Part shown: positions 9,729 to 19,896 of the stretch, piece after piece
Position numbering within the stretch: the stretch's first letter is position 1
Layout of the letters: the number at the start of each line of letters is the position of its first letter
Assembly: GCA_018817165.1 (NCBI GenBank)
Contig: JAHITY010000114.1
Coordinates: 81,721 to 145,720 of the forward strand
From: Candidatus Omnitrophota bacterium
GTDB taxonomy: Bacteria; Omnitrophota; Gorgyraeia; B26-G9
DNA: 64,000 bases
Reading direction: 5' to 3'
Position numbers and translations under genes: made by a program
The notes under the pieces: generated by a model
Seen by the model: the letters and a program-made list of their open reading frames with translations, nothing else
What the model was told of the DNA's origin: nothing
Database searches by the model: none

Positions 9729-11075
9729 ATGGGAAATCGGTTGATTTTGATACTAGGAGTATTAAGCCTTGTCTTTTTAGTTATTATAGTTAGTTCGCAT
9801 AGCCTTTACCATTATCATCACAGTGTCAGGGATCAAAAGGAAAAAGGCTGGGTTCTTGCCAATACGATTGCTAAATCTTTGGACTTACCGATGCTTGAAG
9901 GCGAAATGACTACTGTTCAGGAAATGTTGGTTACAGTGGGTGAGCTGGAGCATTTAAGACGAATTCATCTTACTGATTCAGCGGGAATCATCCGCTATAG
10001 TTCTGACCCTACCAGAATAAATACTGCTACTGGATCTGATGTTATTAAGCAAGTTTTAGTGAATAAGGTGGAAGTCGATGCTTTTGAGCAAAGAGGCGAT
10101 GATTATATTTTTTCTTTAGCCTTGCCGATATTCAATGAAAAACGCTGTCAGCCTTGTCATGGTGATACAAAAGATTTATTGGGTGTTTTGCGTGTAGGTA
10201 TGGATTGGGTTCCGATCAGAAAAAATTTAATGACTGTTCTTCGGCGGGATGTCATCGTTTCAGTGATTTTTTTTGTGTTTATTGTGGTTATCTCGATTCT
10301 ATTCCAAAGACTGTATAATAATGCGCAGCAGGCATATGTCCATTTGCAGCAGACTCAGCAGCAATTAATAAAAACCGAAAAAATGGCGGCGATTGGCCAG
10401 ATGGCCGCGGCAATCAGTCATGATCTGCGCAATCCTTTGACTGGGATAAAGATGGCCACCTATTATCTGGGCAGTAAAATCGACAAGTCTGAGGTTGAAA
10501 TAAACAGTATTCTTCAGGATATTGAGTTAGAAATCGATTATGCGAGCAATGTTGTAACCAATATCCTAACCTATTCTCGGCCGACCGAGCTTATTTATAC
10601 TATGTCTAATATAAATAAGATAATTGAAGATACAATGCATTTTGTTAATCTTAAAAATCGGGATGAAGGTATTGAACTGATTAAAGAATATGATAATAAT
10701 ATTCCGGAAATTTTATTGGATAATAAGAAAATAAAACAAGTTATTGTTAATTTATTATCTAATTCCATGCAGGCAATGCCTAATGGCGGACAGTTAAAAA
10801 TCTCCACTAAACTAAATCCGGACAATGTCCAGATCAGTATTTCTGATACTGGCAAGGGGATTGAAAAGAGTGTTCAGGAAAGAATTTTCACTCCATTTTT
10901 CACTACAAAGGCCAGAGGGGTTGGTCTGGGGCTTTCGATTGTAAATAATATTGTTCAGAAACATGGGGGTAAAACTGAAGTAATTAGCGAAATCGATAAG
11001 GGCACAGTGTTTATTGTTACTTTGCCTATCTCTAAACAAAGAGATATCATTCAAGAGGATGATCAAGATGGCTGA
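9729..11075 (+). CDS. Membrane sensor histidine kinase; ~150-aa extracytoplasmic domain between two TM helices carries a single CXXCH motif
   Basis: TM1 aa 5-22, TM2 around aa 175-195; CQPCH at nt 10146-10160; HisKA H-box AAISHDLRNPLTGI; HATPase_c G-boxes (DTGKGI, GVGLGLSIV). Confidence 0.8.
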   Translation: MGNRLILILGVLSLVFLVIIVSSHSLYHYHHSVRDQKEKGWVLANTIAKSLDLPMLEGEMTTVQEMLVTVGELEHLRRIHLTDSAGIIRYSSDPTRINTATGSDVIKQVLVNKVEVDAFEQRGDDYIFSLALPIFNEKRCQPCHGDTKDLLGVLRVGMDWVPIRKNLMTVLRRDVIVSVIFFVFIVVISILFQRLYNNAQQAYVHLQQTQQQLIKTEKMAAIGQMAAAISHDLRNPLTGIKMATYYLGSKIDKSEVEINSILQDIELEIDYASNVVTNILTYSRPTELIYTMSNINKIIEDTMHFVNLKNRDEGIELIKEYDNNIPEILLDNKKIKQVIVNLLSNSMQAMPNGGQLKISTKLNPDNVQISISDTGKGIEKSVQERIFTPFFTTKARGVGLGLSIVNNIVQKHGGKTEVISEIDKGTVFIVTLPISKQRDIIQEDDQDG

Positions 11076-11946
11076 GTATAAAAAACTCTTAAAGATAATT
11101 CAACAAGCCGAAGATAAGGATACTTTTATTAAGCAGCTTGTTGAGGCTGTAGATATAGAAGATCAGCAACAGCAGCAGGAAATTATTCGGCAGTTAGACT
11201 TGAAATTAAGTGAGCTAAAGCAAAATCAGCCGGAACAAAATGAATCTACGCTCCGGCAAATGCATTCAGCTCGACTTAGCGCGATGGGGCAAATGGCGGC
11301 GGCAATTAGTCATGAATTAAGAAATCCCCTGAGCGGGATTAAAGTCGCCGCGGAATATCTAATGCGTAAATTAAAGAACCATCCGGACGCGGTAGATATT
11401 ATTATTAATATCCAGAATGAAGTTATTTTTGCTAATAATATTATTACTAATATTCTGGAACACGCGCGGATCGGCAAGCCTGATCCGGAAAGAGTAAACA
11501 TAAAAAGAATAATTGAAGAAGCGATAATAACGATTGCTCAGCAGGGATCATTTAATAATATTGAAATCAAAAAAAATATTTCTAGCTCTTTACCTGATTT
11601 AGACTTGGATATTTTGCAAATAAAACAAGTTTTTATGAATGTATTTATTAATGCTGCGGAAGCAATGGTCGGCGGTGGATTATTAACAATCAATGTCTTG
11701 ACTCAGGGGAGTATGGTTATTGTCGAGATTTCTGACACTGGTCTAGGAATTGAAAAGAACAATTTGGATAAATTGTTTGAGCCGTTTTTTACAACTAAAG
11801 TTAAAGGCGTTGGGCTGGGCTTGGCAATTTGCAAAGAAATAATTGAAAACCACTGTGGCAAAATTGATCTGGAAAGCAAGCCGGGTAAGGGAACGAAGTT
11901 TACCATATCCTTGCCCATCGTTCAGGATTGTCTGCAGAAAAATTAG
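11068..11946 (+). CDS. Soluble histidine kinase (Q-rich coiled-coil N-terminus, HisKA + HATPase_c); overlaps upstream kinase by 8 nt
   Basis: MAAAISHELRNPLSGI H-box, DTGLGI/GVGLGLAIC G-boxes; no TM segment; start taken at MAEYKK (11068) inside ORF 11014..11946. Confidence 0.75.
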   Translation: MAEYKKLLKIIQQAEDKDTFIKQLVEAVDIEDQQQQQEIIRQLDLKLSELKQNQPEQNESTLRQMHSARLSAMGQMAAAISHELRNPLSGIKVAAEYLMRKLKNHPDAVDIIINIQNEVIFANNIITNILEHARIGKPDPERVNIKRIIEEAIITIAQQGSFNNIEIKKNISSSLPDLDLDILQIKQVFMNVFINAAEAMVGGGLLTINVLTQGSMVIVEISDTGLGIEKNNLDKLFEPFFTTKVKGVGLGLAICKEIIENHCGKIDLESKPGKGTKFTISLPIVQDCLQKN

Positions 11947-11993
11947 AGCTCTAATTAGCGGTTATCGGGTTTATTGAGAGAGTAAGGACATTA

Positions 11994-12380
11994 TTGATTA
12001 TGAGTAAAAAAAACTTTTCTGTATTAGTTGTCGATGATGAGCCCGTTCTTAGGGAAACAGTCAAAAGGATTCTGTTTGATGAAGGTTTTAATGTTTTTGT
12101 TGCCGCGGATGGGAAGTCAGCGATTGAGGTTGCCAAAAATCAGGATTTAGACGCGGCGCTTTTAGATATTAAACTTCCTGATATTAACGGCGTGGAGGTT
12201 TTTGAAAGGATAAAAGTATTGAGGCCGAATCTCAAAGCGGTTATTATGACTGCTTTTGAAATAAAGGAATTGGTTAATCGCGCTTTTGAATTGGGCGCTT
12301 TTGCTTGTTTACATAAGCCTTTTGATATTAAAAAATTATTACATATTTTAAATGAAATTAAACGGGAAAATGAACAATAA
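11994..12380 (+). CDS. Single-domain response regulator (CheY-like REC)
   Basis: VLVVDDEPVLRE acidic pocket, conserved D and K positions, 128 aa. Confidence 0.8.
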   Translation: MIMSKKNFSVLVVDDEPVLRETVKRILFDEGFNVFVAADGKSAIEVAKNQDLDAALLDIKLPDINGVEVFERIKVLRPNLKAVIMTAFEIKELVNRAFELGAFACLHKPFDIKKLLHILNEIKRENEQ

Positions 12381-13803
12381 TTCTGAAAAATCCAAAATTC
12401 TGCTGGTTGATGATGAGCCGGTAATCAGAGAAACTTTATGCTCGATCTTAAAAGATGATGGGTATATTGTTTTAACTGCCGATAGTGGCGCGAAAGCGAT
12501 TGCTTTAGGTGAACAAGGTGATTTTGATGTAGCGATTATTGATTTAAAATTACCGGATACGGAAGGCACTGTTGTCCTGCATAATATTAAGAAAACCAAT
12601 CCCGCGATATGCGCTATTTTAATTACGGCTTATCCGACCACTGAATCAGCGATCCGGGCTATTCAAGAAGAAGCTTATGAATATATCACCAAACCGTTTG
12701 ATATCGGACATGTAAAACTGGTGATCAAGCGCGGATTGGAAGAAAGAAAACTGGAATTTGAAAATAAACGGCTTTTAAGTAATTTAAAAAAAGAAAAATC
12801 AAAACTTGAGACAATGCTTCAGCTTGGACACGCGATGAGTTCAATTCTGAATCTTGATGAATTAAGCGAGTTTATTGTCAATAAAATAACAGCTGTTTTA
12901 AACGCGAAAATCTGTTCATTGATGTTGATTGATCATGAGGATGAAACTTTGGTAATTAAGGCCGCGGTCGGGTTGGATGAGGCGATTATAAAAACAACTC
13001 GGATTAAACTCGGTCAATCGATCAGCGGCTGGGTCGCGCAGCAGGGCGAGCCGGTTTTAATTTCGAATATTGAAGATGATATTCAGTTTGGCCGAACGAA
13101 TCTGCCGAAATATGAAACAAAATCATTGCTCTGTATCCCCTTGAAAGTGAAAGATAATATTTTGGGAGTAATAAATGTCGCTGATAAAACTATTGCTGAA
13201 CAGGAAAATATTTTCACTGAAGAAGATATGCACTTTTTGGCAATAATCTGTAATTACGCGGCAATTGCTTTGGAAAACGCGTTATTGTATGGAGAAGTCA
13301 GAAAGCTCGCGATCACTGACGGTTTGACCAACTTGTATAATCACCGTTATTTTCAGACAAATATAAATTCTGAAGTGATCAGGGTTATGCGTTATCCCCG
13401 GCCTTTGTCTTTGATAATGTTTGACATTGATTTTTTTAAGAACTTTAATGATTCCTATGGGCATCCAATGGGCGATATTGTTTTAACTGAAATTGCTAAA
13501 GTAATTAAAAAAAATGTGCGCAAAGTTGATATCGCTTGTCGTTATGGCGGTGAAGAATTCGCGGTTATTCTGCCGGAAACAAAAATTAAAGAGGCGATAT
13601 TGGTTGCCGAGAAGATTAGGACTACTGTGGAAAATCTACGTTTTAATACTGGCAAGGGGACGAAGAAAGAAAAGATGACTCTCAGCGGAGGAGTTGCTCA
13701 GTTTAAATCAGGAATGACAAAAGTTGATTTTGTTCGCAGCGCGGATGATTCGCTTTATAAAGCGAAAACCGAGGGGAAGAACAAAATTTGTGTCCATTCT
13801 TGA
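12352..13803 (+). CDS. Response regulator REC-GAF-GGDEF diguanylate cyclase (GGEEF active site; RxxD I-site present)
   Basis: ILLVDDEPVIRE REC; GAF-like central region; ...RKVDIACRYGGEEFAVILPET GGDEF motif with I-site 5 residues upstream; start may be 12352 or 12370. Confidence 0.85.
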   Translation: MKLNGKMNNNSEKSKILLVDDEPVIRETLCSILKDDGYIVLTADSGAKAIALGEQGDFDVAIIDLKLPDTEGTVVLHNIKKTNPAICAILITAYPTTESAIRAIQEEAYEYITKPFDIGHVKLVIKRGLEERKLEFENKRLLSNLKKEKSKLETMLQLGHAMSSILNLDELSEFIVNKITAVLNAKICSLMLIDHEDETLVIKAAVGLDEAIIKTTRIKLGQSISGWVAQQGEPVLISNIEDDIQFGRTNLPKYETKSLLCIPLKVKDNILGVINVADKTIAEQENIFTEEDMHFLAIICNYAAIALENALLYGEVRKLAITDGLTNLYNHRYFQTNINSEVIRVMRYPRPLSLIMFDIDFFKNFNDSYGHPMGDIVLTEIAKVIKKNVRKVDIACRYGGEEFAVILPETKIKEAILVAEKIRTTVENLRFNTGKGTKKEKMTLSGGVAQFKSGMTKVDFVRSADDSLYKAKTEGKNKICVHS

Positions 13804-13861
13804 ATATCCAGCCGAGCTGATTTAAGCTAATCAATCACAAATATGATTCAAAAATTATCCT

Positions 13862-14575
13862 ATGAATTTAAAACAACGAATAGAGTTAATAAAAAATGAA
13901 ATTAATCAGGCTGTTATTTGTTCTCAAACCAGTGCGGATAAAGCGCGGATTGTTTGTGTGACAAAATATGCTAAAATTGAAGATGTTATTGATATTATTA
14001 AATTAGGTTATTATGATATCGCTGAGAATTATCTCCAGGAAGTAAATCGGAAAATGCCGCTGCTAAAACAGGCTTTATCCCCAGAGCAGTTTTCCCTGAT
14101 TAACTGGCATTTTATTGGACATCTTCAGAGGAATAAAGCAGAGGCAGTGATTGATTTTTCCCAGCTTATTCAATCAGTGGATAGTTTACGGCTGGCACAG
14201 CGGATTAATCAAATCGCCGCGAAACTAAATAGAAAAGTGAATATTCTTGTTCAGGTAAATATATCCGCGGAAGAGTCAAAATTTGGAATCGGTTTTTCCG
14301 ATGCTGAAAAATTGTTTTTCGAGATTTTAAAACTTGAGAATATAAATATACAGGGAGTAATGGGCATTGGACCACTGGTTGCGGATCCGGAAGATTCTCG
14401 GCCGGGATTTAAACAGCTTAAAATTTTTTATGATAAAATAAATCAGGCTTTATCGATCACTGAATATCCGCTTATGTCGGTTTTATCCATGGGCATGAGC
14501 AGTGATTATATAGTTGCTTTGCAGGAAGGCTCAACAATGGTTCGAATCGGCAGTGCTATTTTTAAAGGAGAATAA
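13862..14575 (+). CDS. yggS: YggS-family PLP homeostasis protein (alanine-racemase-N-like fold)
   Basis: HFIGHLQRNKA signature, 237 aa, immediately upstream of proC as in many genomes. Confidence 0.8.
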   Translation: MNLKQRIELIKNEINQAVICSQTSADKARIVCVTKYAKIEDVIDIIKLGYYDIAENYLQEVNRKMPLLKQALSPEQFSLINWHFIGHLQRNKAEAVIDFSQLIQSVDSLRLAQRINQIAAKLNRKVNILVQVNISAEESKFGIGFSDAEKLFFEILKLENINIQGVMGIGPLVADPEDSRPGFKQLKIFYDKINQALSITEYPLMSVLSMGMSSDYIVALQEGSTMVRIGSAIFKGE

Positions 14576-14580
14576 AAACC

Positions 14581-15378
14581 ATGGTTAAACTGAAAATCGG
14601 CTTGATCGGCGCGGGTAATATGGGGCAGGCAATTATCCAGGGACTTATTGCTGAGAAATCTTATGAGATTTGGATATATGAAAAAGATGAAAGCCGGGCA
14701 AATCTGATAAACCGTAAATATAAATTACAAAAAAAGAAATTAGAACAATTGACAAATGACTCTAATATTATTATTATTTGTGTTAAACCTCAGATCATTG
14801 ATCAGGTTCTTGGTTTGATCAAAAATCAATTAAAGCCCAATCAATTGCTTGTCAGTATCGCGGCGGGAATAAATACCGGGCATATTGAACAGCAGTTGGC
14901 TGAAAAGATTCCGGTCATCAGGGTTATGCCGAATATGCCGGCTTTAATTGGTCAGGGTATTTCCGGGTTTTGTTTGGGCAAATACGCCCGGACAATGCAT
15001 GTAAACCAAGTAATAAAGATATTTTCGGCTGTAGGCAAAACCCTGGCTATTGACGAGTCAAAAATGGATTTGTTTACTGCTGTGGCGGGAAGCGGTCCGG
15101 GATTTATTGCTTATATTACGGATTGTTTGATCAAAGCGGCGGTTAAAGCCGGCTTGGATAAAAAATCAGCAAAGTCTTTGTGTATCAAGACTTTACAGGG
15201 AACAATCAATTTAATTGATCAAACCGGCATCGAGCCCAAAGAATTGGCAAAAAAAGTTGCCTCTAAAGGCGGAACAACTGAAGCGGGTTTAAAGGTTTTA
15301 AAAGCAAAACAAACTGCGGCAATTATTGAACAAACTATAAAAGCCGCGGCTAAAAGAGCAAAGGAGTTAAGTCGATAA
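14581..15378 (+). CDS. proC: Pyrroline-5-carboxylate reductase
   Basis: KIGLIGAGNMGQAIIQGL Rossmann N-terminus, P5CR C-terminal dimerisation domain pattern. Confidence 0.85.
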   Translation: MVKLKIGLIGAGNMGQAIIQGLIAEKSYEIWIYEKDESRANLINRKYKLQKKKLEQLTNDSNIIIICVKPQIIDQVLGLIKNQLKPNQLLVSIAAGINTGHIEQQLAEKIPVIRVMPNMPALIGQGISGFCLGKYARTMHVNQVIKIFSAVGKTLAIDESKMDLFTAVAGSGPGFIAYITDCLIKAAVKAGLDKKSAKSLCIKTLQGTINLIDQTGIEPKELAKKVASKGGTTEAGLKVLKAKQTAAIIEQTIKAAAKRAKELSR

Positions 15379-15383
15379 ATATT

Positions 15384-18221
15384 ATGGAAAATGAATTTGA
15401 CTATAAGCAAACAGTTAATTTGCCGCAAACCGAATTCTCAATGAAGGCAAATCTTCCTAACAAAGAGCCATTGTTGATTGAAAAATGGAATAAGCTGGAT
15501 ATTTATAATAAAATTATTGAGCAGAATAAAAACAAACCGCGGTATATCCTGCATGATGGTCCGCCATATGCTAATGGCAATATTCATATTGGACATGCTT
15601 TAAATAAAATCTTAAAAGACATTATTCTTAAATATAAGACCTTAAGTGGTTTTTCTACTCCATATATTCCGGGTTGGGATTGTCATGGTTTGCCGATTGA
15701 GCATCAATTGTTTAAAAATCTTGGTAAAAGTAAAGATGAAGTCGGCCAAATTGAATTTCGCGAAAAAGCGCATGATTTCGCGATGAAATATGTGGATATT
15801 CAAAAAGATGAATTTAAGCGCTTGGGAGTTTTTGCTGATTGGGATAATCCTTATATAACCTTGCTGCCGGAATATGAAGCTGGGATAATTCGTTCTTTTG
15901 GTAAGCTGGTGGGTAAGGGGTATATTTATAAAGGCAATAAGCCGATAAACTGGTGCTGCGGCTGTGAAACTGCTTTGGCGGAAGCGGAAGTAGAATATGA
16001 TAATCATGTATCGCCTTCGGTTTACGTAAAATTTCCGATTAAGCAAATTAAAAATATTCCGAATAATGAAAATTTTAACAATGATAAAGTGTTTATTCTG
16101 ATCTGGACAACAACGCCTTGGACGCTGATGGGCAATGTTGCTTGCGCGGTTCATCCTGATTTTACTTATGTGCAGTTAAAAGTAAATAACCAGATATTGA
16201 TTATGGAAAAACAGCTGTCATCCTTTGTTATGGAAAAAGCCGGCATAGCTGATTATACAATCATTGGCCAATGCAGGGGGGTGGAGCTGGAAAATATTGA
16301 GTATGAGCATCCTTTTGGTTTGCGTACAGGTAGAGTTGTGCTAGCGGATTATGTTTCCGCGGAAGACGGTTCAGGCGTGGTACATACTGCTCCTGGCTAT
16401 GGCGCGGAAGACTTTCTTACTGGTAAGCGCTATGATCTTGATGTATTAATGCAGGTTGATGATCGAGGCCATTTTTTTGCTAATATTCCAGAGGTCGGAG
16501 GAATGTTTACTTTAAAAGCCAGTAAGTATATTACGGAAAAGTTAAAGGAAAGAGGACTGCTTTTATTTGGCGGAACAATCGAACATTCTTATCCGCATTG
16601 CTGGCGCTGTAAAAAGCCGATAATTTACCGGGCAACTGATCAATGGTTTATGCGGATTGATCATAAAGATTTGCGTGATAATATCCTTAAAGAAATTAAA
16701 AATGTATCTTGGGTGCCGCATTTTGGCGAGAATCGAATTACTAGTATGGTGGAAAACCGGCCGGACTGGTGTCTTTCCCGCCAAAGATTATGGGGTGTGC
16801 CGATTCCGGTTTTTTATTGCCAGAAATGCAATACTCCGGTTTTGGATGAAAAGGTTATTGAAAATTTTGCTAAAATCGTGGAAAAAGAAGGAACCAATGC
16901 TTGGTTCAAGAAAGAGGCAGCTGAGCTATTGCCGCAGGGATATGTTTGTGCTGATTGCGGACATAAAAAGTTTAATAAAGAAAAAGATATTCTCGATGTT
17001 TGGTTTGACTCTGGAGTCAGTCATCAGTCGGTTTTAAGACAAAGAAAGAATTTGGCTTATCCCGCGGATTTATATCTCGAGGGTTCTGATCAGCACAGGG
17101 GTTGGTTTCAGGCGGCATTTATCACTGGAATGGCAATTGAAACTAAAGCGCCGTTTAAGCAGGTTTTAACTCATGGGTTTATTGTGGACGGTGAAGGTAA
17201 AAAAATGTCCAAATCTCGGGGCAATGTTATTGCTCCCCAGAAAGTTATTGATAAATTGGGAGCAGATGTTTTGCGTTTGTGCATTGCTTCTTCGGATTAT
17301 AATGATGATGTCAGAATGTCCCAGGAAAGTATTGATCGAGTAAGCGAGAGTTATCGCAAAATCAGAAATACTTTAAAGTTTACTTTGGGAAATCTTTTTG
17401 ACTATGACCCGGATAAGGATGCGGTTGCTTATGACCAATTATGGGAAATAGATCGCTGGGCGCTTTCAGTTTTGCATTATTTATTGAAACAGGTCACAGT
17501 TGCTTATGATAATTTTATTTTTCATCAAGCCGTTAAGCTGATTTATAATTTTTGCGTTGTTGAAATGAGCTCATTTTATTTGGATGTTTTAAAAGACAGA
17601 TTATATACTTCAGGCGCTAAATCAATAGAGCGCAGATCAGCGCAAACTGTTTTATTTGAGATATTAACCGTATTAACTAAAATTATTTCTCCGATTTTAT
17701 CGTTTACTGCTGAGGAAACCAATGATTTTATTCCGCAGAAAAAGCAGGAGAGTATTTTCTTAAGTAATTGGCCTCAAGTGAATAAAGATTATATTGATGG
17801 CGGATTAAACAGTACCTGGCGTTTATTGTTCAATATTCGTAATTGCGTGTTAAAAGCCTTAGAGCAGGCTCGCGGCGAAAAACTGATTGGCAATAGTTTG
17901 CAGGCTCAAGTGACAATTTGCGCTACAAACAGCGAGGGGATTATTGCTCAGACAATAAATAAGTATAAAGATGAGCTGGCAGCGATATTTATAGTCTCTG
18001 ATGTGCAGATAAACTTGAGTGTTGACAGTCTAGACGCGGAAGTATATAATATTGAATTTGTAAAGAATAATACGGTTGTAGAAAACGGTAAGTTTAATAT
18101 TAAAATTACCAAAGCCAGTGGGGATAAATGTATTCGTTGTTGGAATTATAGCCAGAGTGTGGGACAGAATAAACAGCATGCCCAAATTTGTCAGCGTTGT
18201 ATTGCGGCTATTACAATTTAA
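15384..18221 (+). CDS. ileS: Isoleucine--tRNA ligase (class I, bacterial type with C-terminal zinc-binding region)
   Basis: HIGH motif PPYANGNIHIGHALN, KMSKS motif, editing domain, C-terminal CxxC...CxxC. Confidence 0.95.
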   Translation: MENEFDYKQTVNLPQTEFSMKANLPNKEPLLIEKWNKLDIYNKIIEQNKNKPRYILHDGPPYANGNIHIGHALNKILKDIILKYKTLSGFSTPYIPGWDCHGLPIEHQLFKNLGKSKDEVGQIEFREKAHDFAMKYVDIQKDEFKRLGVFADWDNPYITLLPEYEAGIIRSFGKLVGKGYIYKGNKPINWCCGCETALAEAEVEYDNHVSPSVYVKFPIKQIKNIPNNENFNNDKVFILIWTTTPWTLMGNVACAVHPDFTYVQLKVNNQILIMEKQLSSFVMEKAGIADYTIIGQCRGVELENIEYEHPFGLRTGRVVLADYVSAEDGSGVVHTAPGYGAEDFLTGKRYDLDVLMQVDDRGHFFANIPEVGGMFTLKASKYITEKLKERGLLLFGGTIEHSYPHCWRCKKPIIYRATDQWFMRIDHKDLRDNILKEIKNVSWVPHFGENRITSMVENRPDWCLSRQRLWGVPIPVFYCQKCNTPVLDEKVIENFAKIVEKEGTNAWFKKEAAELLPQGYVCADCGHKKFNKEKDILDVWFDSGVSHQSVLRQRKNLAYPADLYLEGSDQHRGWFQAAFITGMAIETKAPFKQVLTHGFIVDGEGKKMSKSRGNVIAPQKVIDKLGADVLRLCIASSDYNDDVRMSQESIDRVSESYRKIRNTLKFTLGNLFDYDPDKDAVAYDQLWEIDRWALSVLHYLLKQVTVAYDNFIFHQAVKLIYNFCVVEMSSFYLDVLKDRLYTSGAKSIERRSAQTVLFEILTVLTKIISPILSFTAEETNDFIPQKKQESIFLSNWPQVNKDYIDGGLNSTWRLLFNIRNCVLKALEQARGEKLIGNSLQAQVTICATNSEGIIAQTINKYKDELAAIFIVSDVQINLSVDSLDAEVYNIEFVKNNTVVENGKFNIKITKASGDKCIRCWNYSQSVGQNKQHAQICQRCIAAITI

Positions 18222-18308
18222 TTTATTTGTATAATTCAAGATTGATGATCAATTTAGCAGTTGAAATTATAGGATGATATTTCAGCCGTGGCGAAAGGAG
18301 CAATCGTA

Positions 18309-18692
18309 GTGGATAAAAAGGATGCTGGTGAATTTAAAAAAAGACTTGTTGATTTAAGAACTAAAATCTCCGATGAAATACGGCAAATCGGCGGAGGTAC
18401 CCTTAAACAATCACAAAGGGATGCTAGTGGAGATTTGTCCGCGTATACTTTTCATATGGCTGATGTAGCTAGTGATAGTTTTGAACGGGAACGTTCTTGG
18501 GATAGAGCTAGTGTTGAACAAAAAGTATTGTTCAGCATCGACGATGCCTTGAAAAAAATTGACGATGGAATATATGGTCAATGTGAAGGTTGCGAGAAAA
18601 AAATCAATAAAGAAAGACTTAAAGCTATCCCGTACGCGAAGTTTTGTCGTAGTTGCAAAGAAGGTTTTGAAAAAAGTAATAAAACAATTTAA
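18309..18692 (+). CDS. DksA/TraR-family C4 zinc-finger protein
   Basis: CEGCEKKI...CRSCK four-Cys finger at C-terminus with coiled-coil N-terminus; start placed at GTG 18309, 8 nt downstream of SD AAAGGAG (track ORF begins at GTG 18288). Confidence 0.7.
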   Translation: MDKKDAGEFKKRLVDLRTKISDEIRQIGGGTLKQSQRDASGDLSAYTFHMADVASDSFERERSWDRASVEQKVLFSIDDALKKIDDGIYGQCEGCEKKINKERLKAIPYAKFCRSCKEGFEKSNKTI

Positions 18693-18703
18693 GAACCTTT
18701 CTG

Positions 18704-19159
18704 ATGAGTAAAATATTCTTCATTGTTTTCTTAATTTTCTTTGATCAAGTTTCTAAATTAGCTGTATTAAAAAGGCTGCATCAGAACGATAGTATTCCGG
18801 TTATTAGTAATATTTTTCATATAACCCTGGTCTATAATACTGGTTCTGCTTTTGGCGCTTTTCGTGAGCATAATTGGTTATTATCCTACATTTCGGTATT
18901 CGCGATAATCATGATTCTTTATATGCTTGTGCGCAGACCGAGGTTCTCGTCTAATATATATATGCATTTATGGCAATGGGCTTTATTGTTTATTTTATGC
19001 GGCGCTACGGGAAATCTTATCGACAGGGTAAGGCTGGGCTATGTTGTTGATTTTCTTGACTTCCGCTTTTGGCCTGTTTTTAATCTGGCGGATTCTTTTA
19101 TTACTTGCGGAGTTTTTGTGCTTTTATTTTTGCTGTTTAATAAAAAAGCGATTGAATAA
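18704..19159 (+). CDS. lspA: Lipoprotein signal peptidase II
   Basis: NTGSAFG and FNLADSFI conserved blocks, 4 TM, classic ileS-lspA linkage. Confidence 0.85.
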   Translation: MSKIFFIVFLIFFDQVSKLAVLKRLHQNDSIPVISNIFHITLVYNTGSAFGAFREHNWLLSYISVFAIIMILYMLVRRPRFSSNIYMHLWQWALLFILCGATGNLIDRVRLGYVVDFLDFRFWPVFNLADSFITCGVFVLLFLLFNKKAIE

Positions 19160-19161
19160 TT

Positions 19162-19896
19162 ATGCACCCCATTCTTTTTTCCTTTTTTAGGATACATATC
19201 TATTCTTATGGTTTAATGGTAGCTTTGGGAATTGTTCTGGCGGTTTATTTGATTGAACGTGATGCTATAAAGAATAATTTACCTAAAGATGCGATCGTTG
19301 ATCTGATTTTTTGGGTTATAATTTGGGGATTGGTTGGGGCAAGATTGTTTTATGTATTGCTTTATCCTGATGTATATCTGCATTCTCCTCAGGATATTCT
19401 AAAAATATACCAAGGCGGGTTGGTGTTTCACGGCAGTCTGATCTTTGGTTCAATAGCGGCGTTTATAAATTTTAAAGCCAAAAAACTTCCGGTATTAAAA
19501 ACCTTGGATCTGTTAATGCTTTATCTGCCGCTGGCGCATGCTTTTGGCCGGATTGGTTGTTTTTTTAATGGATGTTGTTATGGTAAAGTAACTGATTTAG
19601 CCTGGGGGATTATATTTCCAGGGCAGATCCAAGCTGTTCACCCTACTCAGCTTTATTCCGCTTTTTTGTTATTGATCCTTTTTTGGGGATTGTTTTTAGT
19701 GCGGCAAAAACAAGTATTTGCTGGTCAGATATTCTGTTTATATCTGATTTTTTATGGACTGATCAGGTTTTTTATTGAATTTGTCCGGGATAATCCGATT
19801 TTTGCTTGGGGCATGAGTATTTATCAATATATAAGCTTAATTTTGATATGCGCGGGTATTTTCGGCTATATTAGGCTAAAGAAAGCAAAGCAATGA
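19162..19896 (+). CDS. lgt: Prolipoprotein diacylglyceryl transferase
   Basis: Lgt signature GRIGCFFNGCCYG, multi-TM, 244 aa. Confidence 0.85.
   Translation: MHPILFSFFRIHIYSYGLMVALGIVLAVYLIERDAIKNNLPKDAIVDLIFWVIIWGLVGARLFYVLLYPDVYLHSPQDILKIYQGGLVFHGSLIFGSIAAFINFKAKKLPVLKTLDLLMLYLPLAHAFGRIGCFFNGCCYGKVTDLAWGIIFPGQIQAVHPTQLYSAFLLLILFWGLFLVRQKQVFAGQIFCLYLIFYGLIRFFIEFVRDNPIFAWGMSIYQYISLILICAGIFGYIRLKKAKQ

Noticed and set aside
14525-14545. GGTTCGAATC (tRNA T-arm-like) string
   Set aside because: Lies inside the yggS reading frame (…STMVRIGSA…) with no acceptor/anticodon stem context; no tRNA.
15642-16154. 170-aa minus-strand ORF (and 16563..16784, 16657..17037, 18030..18239) overlapping ileS
   Set aside because: Entirely antisense or out-of-frame to a 945-aa aminoacyl-tRNA synthetase gene with unambiguous motifs; low-complexity, Arg/Ile-rich translations typical of AT-rich antisense frames.
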